From a virus (Duplodnaviria > Caudoviricetes): a stretch of 64,000 nucleotides of DNA. Location: positions 32,001-96,000 of IMG/VR virus record IMGVR_UViG_3300042465_005116; one strand, 5' to 3'. Each line of letters begins with the position of its first letter. Position 1 is the stretch's first letter. Below are positions 28,331-35,732 of this stretch, one piece after another. The position numbers were made by a program, and so were the translations under genes. The notes under the pieces were generated by a model. It had not been told where the DNA came from, did not search any database, and saw only the letters and a program-made list of their open reading frames with translations.

Positions 28331-29818
28331 TTAAGTTACAATTCTTAGTAATGTATACCCATCTTTCATTTCTGAATTTAAGATTGTATATTTTATATTA
28401 GATAATCCTATTTTTTTAAAATCTATTTTATCAGTTAACGCCTCATTAAAAAATATATCTGCATTTTCCTCAACATCTGGGTCATATCTATAATATTTTT
28501 GTATAATATTATCATCTCCTACGTGTATTAGTGATTTATACGTTCCATCTAATCTAGTTGGTAAAGATATCTCATCTAATAGATTTATAGTTTCATTGAA
28601 TATTGAATATTTACCTTCTACCTTTACGTGATTTCCAGCTTTACCTTTGTCTAATTTAAGTTCTGCAATACCACTAACATTATATGCGGTATCAAATCTA
28701 AAAATATTAGTTGGTATCAATCCTTCAATACTAGCAAGTTTATCCAAATATGAAATACCATCATAATATAATTTTTTAAGTTGTTCATCCGTTAATGTAT
28801 CACTAAATGTAATTATATCTGCTAATTGGATTGCTGATTGTGAATCTGAAATTTTAATACATCTATCTGAATAATTAAAGGTTTCAAATTTACCTAATTT
28901 TTTTTCTTGTACTTTTTTATTGTTCAATACAAGTTTAATTTTATTATTAGGTTTATCATAAATTAAAACTGCGTTATTCCACTTATCTTTATTGTATTCA
29001 ATACAAACATCAAAATGGTGTTCGGTATTACTCCAAATTTGTCCATTTAAATATCGACTACCAACTTCATTTTCAGATAAAAATAATCCAGTATCTGGTC
29101 CATCAAATGCAAATAAGTTTATTTTATGCATTACCTCCGATATATCTTTAAACCATAATGATATTGTAAAAGATGAATCAGTAAATCCTTGCATTAAGGA
29201 ATTCTGTGGTCCGTATAATCGAGTTTCTTTTGGTAAATCAATTCCTTTGATTGTATGGGTTTTATTAATGTTTGATATCTCAACATTTTCAATTCTATAT
29301 GGTAACACATCCCACAAATCATAATATGAATATACTTGTTGTGCATCATAATATTGTTCTAAATATACTCCTGCTTTTTCCAATCGCATTAGTAAATCTA
29401 AATCTTCAAATCCATATCCCCAATACTCATTAGAGTATCCGTTAGCCATTTCAAAATCTTCCCTATTAATTAATACAACTCCGCCAAAATATTGTGGGTA
29501 AGGTAATTTATTATTGTGTGCTTCTACGTTTGTTGCAAGGTGAGTCGGAACTGCTGGATAATTATAATCACACGAATCATTTATCGGTAACATATCAATA
29601 TCATGAAAACAAAAATATGTGTATTCTTTTGGTATTTCGTTTATTACCGCGTTACATAACTTACCATAATTAAATGGTCTATCATCTGCTTGTTCTGCTA
29701 TAAAAATAGTATAATCAATTCCTTTATTTGCAAGGAATCTATTCATGTGTGGTATAAAGACATTTAAATGTGCTTGTCTATCACGATATGGTACTATGAT
29801 TGCTAATTTATCTATCAT
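28331..29818 (-). CDS. GT7 glycosyltransferase with inserted LamG-like domain
   Basis: VPYRDR, FNYGKLCN, FHDIDMLP, YFGG, NGYSNEYWGYGFEDLDL, LamG-like insert, LIH..GLSNIKY. Confidence 0.85.
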   Translation of the reverse strand: MIDKLAIIVPYRDRQAHLNVFIPHMNRFLANKGIDYTIFIAEQADDRPFNYGKLCNAVINEIPKEYTYFCFHDIDMLPINDSCDYNYPAVPTHLATNVEAHNNKLPYPQYFGGVVLINREDFEMANGYSNEYWGYGFEDLDLLMRLEKAGVYLEQYYDAQQVYSYYDLWDVLPYRIENVEISNINKTHTIKGIDLPKETRLYGPQNSLMQGFTDSSFTISLWFKDISEVMHKINLFAFDGPDTGLFLSENEVGSRYLNGQIWSNTEHHFDVCIEYNKDKWNNAVLIYDKPNNKIKLVLNNKKVQEKKLGKFETFNYSDRCIKISDSQSAIQLADIITFSDTLTDEQLKKLYYDGISYLDKLASIEGLIPTNIFRFDTAYNVSGIAELKLDKGKAGNHVKVEGKYSIFNETINLLDEISLPTRLDGTYKSLIHVGDDNIIQKYYRYDPDVEENADIFFNEALTDKIDFKKIGLSNIKYTILNSEMKDGYTLLRIVT

Positions 29819-30669
29819 ATTTTAATTATAATTCTAGTTAATCTATCCCATTTAATGTAATCAAAATGATTATTTGTATTCATCTTTTCAAACATAAATT
29901 TATCGTTATTTATATCAATTTTAAAATCATTCCATTGAATTGCGTTATACATTAATTCATATTCAGTTGAAAACGCGTATTCTTTTTTAATATCAGCAAC
30001 CGCCTTAATTCTATCTACACAAGTACTATCCCATTTGAAATGATGTACTTGTATTAATCCTTCACCATCTCCAATTGGGTAACGTTTTGGATGAGATTCT
30101 CCCCAACTATTTGTTCCATCCTCAAACTCAGCGTAATGTTGGCCGGATGATATTTTAATAAACCCTTTCATAATACAAACCTTATTTGGACAAGCCCCAC
30201 TCATTGGATATCTAAAAAATCCAGCAAGTGGGAATTGTGTCCAAATATTTGTATGTTCATTTATCTGAGGAAACTCTCCATTTTCTCCTATCCTGTCAAT
30301 AAACCCACCTGTAACAAATTCCCAATTATTTTCTTCACAATCAGAAATTAATTCTCTAATTGGTTTTGGATAAATGTGAAACTCATCGTCATCTGAAACT
30401 ACCCACCAATCATTGGGGTGTAATAATTTTGTTTCGTTATATAATTGTGTAACATATTCCCAATTAAATTTTTCTTTTATTTCTCGTCTAACAATTTTTG
30501 CTTTAGGAAATTCTTTTACAATCTCATAAACAATATCATATGTGCTAAACTCATCCCATTCATATACAACAACATATATTTCATCAACTAAATCATTATA
30601 GTGATTTAACATATGACGTAGAGTATTTGTTCTACTTCCTGTTACTGTAACTAATCTAATTTTTTGCAT
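29815..30669 (-). CDS. GT-A fold glycosyltransferase (GT2/GT92-like)
   Basis: WWVVSDDDEF DxD motif; late QVHHFKW motif. Confidence 0.62.
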   Translation of the reverse strand: MQKIRLVTVTGSRTNTLRHMLNHYNDLVDEIYVVVYEWDEFSTYDIVYEIVKEFPKAKIVRREIKEKFNWEYVTQLYNETKLLHPNDWWVVSDDDEFHIYPKPIRELISDCEENNWEFVTGGFIDRIGENGEFPQINEHTNIWTQFPLAGFFRYPMSGACPNKVCIMKGFIKISSGQHYAEFEDGTNSWGESHPKRYPIGDGEGLIQVHHFKWDSTCVDRIKAVADIKKEYAFSTEYELMYNAIQWNDFKIDINNDKFMFEKMNTNNHFDYIKWDRLTRIIIKI

Positions 30670-31442
30670 CTCTGAATAAATGTTAACCCCGTAGAAGTTG
30701 GTTTGTTTCTTAATATCCCGTTATTAAAAAAATTAAATATTTCCCAATTGCCGGTTTCTTTTAATTCTTTTATTAATTTAGATGGGCCAGATGAAAACTC
30801 ATGAAAGTCATTTTTGGGTTTTACATCATCCGTAACAATTAATTCCTTTTCAAATGATACATCGGTATCGTGAATTGATATTATACCATAAGGTGAAAGA
30901 AGTTGTGAATATAATTCAAAATCATTTTTTACATCTTCATAGGAATGACCTGCATCTATATGTAGATAATCAATTTTAATATCTTCTTTAACAAAATAAT
31001 TATAAAATGCGTTTTCAGTAGTATCTATGATAAATCTACAAGGAAAATTAGTTCTAAAAAAAGAATTTTCAGATTCCCAATCGGTATGACCACCGATTCC
31101 ATTTGAAGCATCTACTAAAATTGTAGTACCACAATCACCCCACTCCATCATTTTATTTCCACTAAATATTTGTTGGTCGTGTAAATCAATTCTAGCTTGT
31201 GACATTAATCGCGGAATAAATCCACCACCACTCCCCAAGCATACACATGTTTTTGCTCTGAGGTATTGGATTGTTGCATAAATTAATAATCCATCCCCAA
31301 TATGTAAATCAGTAGCTCCATGTGACCATCGATATGCAACGGGTTGGTATTCAAAATATTCATCACCCTTAGTGTCTATTTTTTTAGTTCTATTATTGGT
31401 AAAAAAATCTTTTAAAATATTATAGTTGAGAATACTGCCCAT
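30651..31442 (-). CDS. Class I SAM-dependent methyltransferase (Methyltransf_24-like)
   Basis: VCLGSGGG, IDYLHIDAGHSYEDVKND, GIISIHDT. Confidence 0.82.
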   Translation of the reverse strand: MGSILNYNILKDFFTNNRTKKIDTKGDEYFEYQPVAYRWSHGATDLHIGDGLLIYATIQYLRAKTCVCLGSGGGFIPRLMSQARIDLHDQQIFSGNKMMEWGDCGTTILVDASNGIGGHTDWESENSFFRTNFPCRFIIDTTENAFYNYFVKEDIKIDYLHIDAGHSYEDVKNDFELYSQLLSPYGIISIHDTDVSFEKELIVTDDVKPKNDFHEFSSGPSKLIKELKETGNWEIFNFFNNGILRNKPTSTGLTFIQRCKKLD

Positions 31443-31566
31443 ACATTGAATAATGTGAATAAAATGCTAGAAATATGCTATTAGCTTAATAGTAATATAA
31501 GTTAATTAAGATAGTATAAGTGATAGTGTAATAGCTTAGTAGCTTATCCCCCTACCCCCTTTAGTA

Positions 31567-31574
31567 TATAAATA
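31567..31574 (-). promoter_or_regulatory. Candidate late promoter motif TATTTATA
   Basis: In the 181-nt noncoding gap, 125 nt upstream of 31442. Confidence 0.45.
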
Positions 31575-31623
31575 TATAAAAATATACCAAACGATAAAAA
31601 AACTGAAAAATAAATATTTGGAA

Positions 31624-32661
31624 TTATCCTAAAATTGCTGTACGGACTTTATCAATCCATACGTCTTTATTATCAAATTTTATCATATATTCTTTAAGAT
31701 TTTTGATGTTTGCAACCCTCTCTTCATGTGAATCTTTGAGGATTTGTTTAACACATTCATCAAATTCATTTTTGGTTGAAACCCTATATTTGTATTCAAC
31801 CTCCGGTGCCCAATCTTTATTTATTATTGGTAATTTACCATAATCTACTGCTTGAAATATTGAATATCCAAATGGTTCTTTAAAATACGCTGCGTGAAAT
31901 ATACCAAAATTTTTCAACATAAAAAAATGATGATGATTAACATCCCATTGAAAAACTTCCATTCCTTTTAATGAGTAGGTACTACTATCTTTAAGATTTT
32001 GTAAATCAAACTGATTTGTTAGAATATATCCTTTATGGTCGTTTAACCAATGTACACATTTTCTTGATTCAATACGAGAAGCAAATCCAATTTTACCATT
32101 ATCAACATGAGTAGTGAGCGGTAAGTTATTTTTAAACTCATAAAAATTTGGAACGTTATATGTGTAGTTTGGATGTTCATCAATCATAGTTGTGGTATTA
32201 TTACCTACCCAAATTCTACGATTAAATGTTGCTAAATACTCATCATAAAAATCTGAATCAACTTGAGTATTATATTGTAACCTTTTTAGTTCCGGAATAG
32301 CAGAAATTGCGGCATCCATTTCTCTAGCATATGCATGAACAAAGACAGTTTTAAATTTATCTTCAAAATGCCAAATGTGCGGTCTTAAATGATAATGTGG
32401 ATGTAATACATGAATTTCTTCACACTCATCTAACCACGTTCTAGTCTTTTCAGGGTCATCGTAGTGAAAATGATGAACCAATCCCTTCGGTAAGTATTTT
32501 GATTCGAATGAAGCGGGTCTCTTGGAGTCAATAAGTAATCTCCAATCCCTTTTGACAGGTAGTGTTGGCCAAACTAATTCTAAAAAATAATTAGTCCATA
32601 TATCGGCCCCACCCATAACAGTATTACCACATCCAGTTGTAACTAAAACCTTTATACTCAT
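31624..32661 (-). CDS. Probable GT-B (GT4-like) glycosyltransferase
   Basis: N-terminal GGADIW loop; C-terminal KEPFGYSIFQAVDYGKLPII resembling the GT4 ExFG..EA motif. Confidence 0.6.
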   Translation of the reverse strand: MSIKVLVTTGCGNTVMGGADIWTNYFLELVWPTLPVKRDWRLLIDSKRPASFESKYLPKGLVHHFHYDDPEKTRTWLDECEEIHVLHPHYHLRPHIWHFEDKFKTVFVHAYAREMDAAISAIPELKRLQYNTQVDSDFYDEYLATFNRRIWVGNNTTTMIDEHPNYTYNVPNFYEFKNNLPLTTHVDNGKIGFASRIESRKCVHWLNDHKGYILTNQFDLQNLKDSSTYSLKGMEVFQWDVNHHHFFMLKNFGIFHAAYFKEPFGYSIFQAVDYGKLPIINKDWAPEVEYKYRVSTKNEFDECVKQILKDSHEERVANIKNLKEYMIKFDNKDVWIDKVRTAILG

Positions 32662-32667
32662 AACATA

Positions 32668-32675
32668 TATAAATA
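32668..32675 (-). promoter_or_regulatory. Candidate late promoter motif TATTTATA
   Basis: Intergenic, 7 nt upstream of ATG at 32661. Confidence 0.4.
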
Positions 32676-32690
32676 TATAAAAATTAAATT

Positions 32691-33242
32691 TTAAACAAAC
32701 GATTTTTCTCTAACCCACACAATTGCAATCCACTTTGTACCACTAATAACTGGCAATCCTGCATGTAAACTTTCAAAATCTAAACTACCATCTATTTTTA
32801 GATTACTCCACATTAACATACGACCAGTTTTTGGTGTTACTTTTATTTTTTTAGTAGGAAATTCGGTTTCACCCCCTTCAAATTCATCGTTTAAATAAAA
32901 TAAACAAGATACCACCCTCTGACCACCTGATTTCATAGTAGTATCGTAATAATCAGTATTTGGATGGAAAAAATCATGATGTGTTTTATATTCACCACCA
33001 ACGTTATATTTTACAATATGTATTTGTTCTTGATTTTCAATTGGAAGTCCTGATTTACTTGAAATTATTTTTTTTATTTTTGTTGTTAATTCTGTTTTTG
33101 AATGAATCCACGTATTTTCAGCAACCCTATAATTTTCAATTGGAGTTCCTAATGTAGAAGCACTTATCATATTTGCAGAACCCATTTCAATTAGTTCTTT
33201 ACATTCTGCTTCAGATATTTCATAATCAATTATTGCTATCAT
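32691..33242 (-). CDS. Prolyl 4-hydroxylase-like 2OG-Fe(II) oxygenase
   Basis: EQIHIVKYNVG, HHD (HxD), QRVVSCLFYLND, GGETEFP, LHAGLPV..GTKW (distal His and 2OG-binding Lys). Confidence 0.92.
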   Translation of the reverse strand: MIAIIDYEISEAECKELIEMGSANMISASTLGTPIENYRVAENTWIHSKTELTTKIKKIISSKSGLPIENQEQIHIVKYNVGGEYKTHHDFFHPNTDYYDTTMKSGGQRVVSCLFYLNDEFEGGETEFPTKKIKVTPKTGRMLMWSNLKIDGSLDFESLHAGLPVISGTKWIAIVWVREKSFV

Positions 33243-33245
33243 AAC

Positions 33246-34103
33246 TTATTTTTTACAAGTTGTACATTCTTTATAAACTTCATTTACCCATTCTAAAGTA
33301 GTTCTTTCAGTTCCACCATAATCTTTTAAACCAGTAACAAAATCCATATTTGGATTGAATTTACTCCAATTACATAATTCTCTATAAGAACTATTATAAT
33401 TTGGAATATATTTATGCCAAATTATATTTTTTCTAATTGCAAATACATCATAACCACTTTTAAATAGTAAAAGGGAATATATTTCTTGTTCTTTAGTTGG
33501 GTTGTAATATTCGTTTACTTTTAATATATTTACAATTTCACCACTACCAAATAAGTTACCTCCTGATATATTCATCACTTTTTCATAACCATCAATTGGG
33601 TGTCTCATACAATGTGGGGGAATAAATTCAGGTGTCCACGTCGGTGCATTAGATGTATATATTGTGGCAACGTTTCGTTTACTATATACATCATATGTTT
33701 CATTAAATTCAAAAATCTGTGGAAATACACTAATAACTCCCTTTGATGGTATTTCACTTAATTGATTAATATATTCATCATCCCACCCTATCAAAAATCT
33801 AGAATGAGAATCTACACATAAAAAATAATCTTCATTATTATATAAATTTTCCATTATTAAATTCCTAGCCCATCCACATCCTTGTGCATCAGAAGCTAGT
33901 ATTTGCATAAATTTTACATTTAAATAAAATAGATGGTTATTAATTAAATCTGTTATTCTTTTTTGTTCTACCTCAGTATCTTGCAAACACACTCCAATAA
34001 ATACATTATTTGGATTATTCGCTTTATTAAAACAATCTATTATAGTGTTAACAACATCAAAATCTTTATATGAAGCTATACTTACAAATATCGTTTTATT
34101 CAT
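33246..34103 (-). CDS. GT60-like (Skp1-hydroxyproline GlcNAc transferase Gnt1 family) glycosyltransferase
   Basis: TIFVSIASYKD, FIGVCLQ, AQGCGWAR, EDYFLCVDSHSRFLIGWD (DSH motif), later EQ..S..LF..GYD..IWH. Confidence 0.8.
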   Translation of the reverse strand: MNKTIFVSIASYKDFDVVNTIIDCFNKANNPNNVFIGVCLQDTEVEQKRITDLINNHLFYLNVKFMQILASDAQGCGWARNLIMENLYNNEDYFLCVDSHSRFLIGWDDEYINQLSEIPSKGVISVFPQIFEFNETYDVYSKRNVATIYTSNAPTWTPEFIPPHCMRHPIDGYEKVMNISGGNLFGSGEIVNILKVNEYYNPTKEQEIYSLLLFKSGYDVFAIRKNIIWHKYIPNYNSSYRELCNWSKFNPNMDFVTGLKDYGGTERTTLEWVNEVYKECTTCKK

Positions 34104-34112
34104 AATTATTTA

Positions 34113-35732
34113 TTATTCTATTTGTTTTACTTCTGCTCGGTTATGTACTAATATACCACTGCCAAAGTATACGTCATCATCTTCAATATTAACACTAACA
34201 GTTTGACAAGTTTCATTAATGAATTCAATGTCGCGTATTCTAACCCATATATCATTGGTATTAAATAAATAATCACCCACTAATAAATTATAAACCTTAC
34301 AAAACTTATATTCATTACCTCTTTTTATAAACACAGGATGTTCATATGTTATTCGTATTGATTTATTTATAATATAATAATTGGAATAAGACCCATGCAT
34401 TAAAGTTACAACCCTTGCTGTTGATGGTTCAAACCAAAATTTAGTATCAGAAAAATTAACCCAATTTTTTTCAATATCCTTATCTAATCCTTCTATTGAT
34501 AAACTACTAAGAATATCTCCCAATACTAAATCTTCAATTAATTTATTACTACCATCAGCCATTTTAATTTCAGTACCATAAAGAAAACACGGGTCTTCTT
34601 CCGGTGGAGGAGGTGGTGGTGGAGTTGGTGTTGGTGGAGGCGGAGGTGGTGCCGGACAACTACTTACTGTATTAATAAACCCATTACCTTCTACATAGTA
34701 AACTGAAGTTCCGTTTGAATAATATCCATCGGCTGCATTCGAACTACCATCACTAGCTGATTTTAATACACATTGTGCAATAAGTGATGAACAAGTACTC
34801 CATACTTCCGTAGTTACACCCATAGCACATGCCAACGAATCATCTCCCGCATTATATCCAAAATTAAATGAATAATATGTTGGAGGTGCCGGCGTAGGCG
34901 GAGGTGGAGTTGGTGGTGCAACATAACATGCAACAGCACTTATCCCATATCTAACACCCGCTCCAGTTGTAGCGTTATAAATATAAACACCATAACTTCC
35001 ACCATAATCACCTACACCTGTAAAAGTGTACGATGTTGCACTACCAATTGATAACGTAGCCAATGCTGCAGGACTAGCAGTATCCACACTATATCCAACG
35101 TAACAATCACTTCCACCATTTGCTATATTTTCTATAAATATTCGACCACTTGCACCCGTTGTTCCACTACAATCTTGTGTAACAGTAGCAGTTACCGCAG
35201 GTGGTGGAGTTGGTGGTGGTGGAGTTGGTGGTGGTGGAGTTGGACACGTACATCCATTAATGCCAGTTGCACGAAAAAGATGAGTATCAGTTGGAGTGTA
35301 TGATGTTCCTACTGCTATATAACAAATTTCATTTACATCATCGTATATATTTGTTCCGTAATTATAACTTCCAAAAATATGTCCCTGTGCTACCCCACCC
35401 GTACCACATTGTGATAAATATGTATATACCTGAGGAGCCGGTGTTGGAGGTGGTGGAGTTGGAGGAGCCGGAGTTGGTGGAGCCGGTGTTGGTGGAGCCG
35501 GAGTTGGAGGTGCCGGTGTTGGAGGTGCTGGAGTTGGAGGTGCAGGTGTTGGAGGAGCTGGAGTTGGAGGAGTTCCTGTTCCTCTTCCAAGAAACTCATC
35601 CATACCATGTGGTTTTGTAGGAATCCCATATGCTATAGCAGCCGTATCCATATCAACTTGAGTACCTGATGCAATATTTCTATCGGTATTAAATAAATTA
35701 AATGATATTTCTCCTGTAGACGGTAATGCCAT
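34113..35732 (-). CDS. Pro/Thr-rich, Cys-rich putative virion (tail-fibre-associated) protein with C-terminal Hint domain
   Basis: N-terminus MALPSTGEISF; four Pro-rich blocks separating Cys-rich segments; Hint CFLYGT...EHP...ILVHN; translationally coupled to tail fibre stop. Confidence 0.8.
   Translation of the reverse strand: MALPSTGEISFNLFNTDRNIASGTQVDMDTAAIAYGIPTKPHGMDEFLGRGTGTPPTPAPPTPAPPTPAPPTPAPPTPAPPTPAPPTPAPPTPPPPTPAPQVYTYLSQCGTGGVAQGHIFGSYNYGTNIYDDVNEICYIAVGTSYTPTDTHLFRATGINGCTCPTPPPPTPPPPTPPPAVTATVTQDCSGTTGASGRIFIENIANGGSDCYVGYSVDTASPAALATLSIGSATSYTFTGVGDYGGSYGVYIYNATTGAGVRYGISAVACYVAPPTPPPPTPAPPTYYSFNFGYNAGDDSLACAMGVTTEVWSTCSSLIAQCVLKSASDGSSNAADGYYSNGTSVYYVEGNGFINTVSSCPAPPPPPPTPTPPPPPPPEEDPCFLYGTEIKMADGSNKLIEDLVLGDILSSLSIEGLDKDIEKNWVNFSDTKFWFEPSTARVVTLMHGSYSNYYIINKSIRITYEHPVFIKRGNEYKFCKVYNLLVGDYLFNTNDIWVRIRDIEFINETCQTVSVNIEDDDVYFGSGILVHNRAEVKQIE
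34140..34589 (-). other. Hint (intein-like autoprocessing) domain, 150 aa, no endonuclease
   Basis: Starts CFLYGTEIKMADG..IEDLVLGD, block B-like ITYEHP, ends NIEDDDVYFGSGILVHN; +1 residue is Arg. Confidence 0.85.
35433..35570 (-). repeat. 15-bp coding tandem repeat, (PPTPA/PPTPP) x9
   Basis: 46 codons; units vary at synonymous positions. Further Pro-rich blocks near 35200-35245, 34885-34920 and 34600-34655. Confidence 0.95.

Noticed and set aside
31549-31560. G-quadruplex at GGGGGTAGGGGG (minus strand)
   Set aside because: Only two G-tracts, insufficient for an intramolecular quadruplex
34140-34589. Classical mobile intein
   Set aside because: No homing endonuclease, +1 residue is Arg, and it sits at the extreme C-terminus rather than in a conserved enzyme motif
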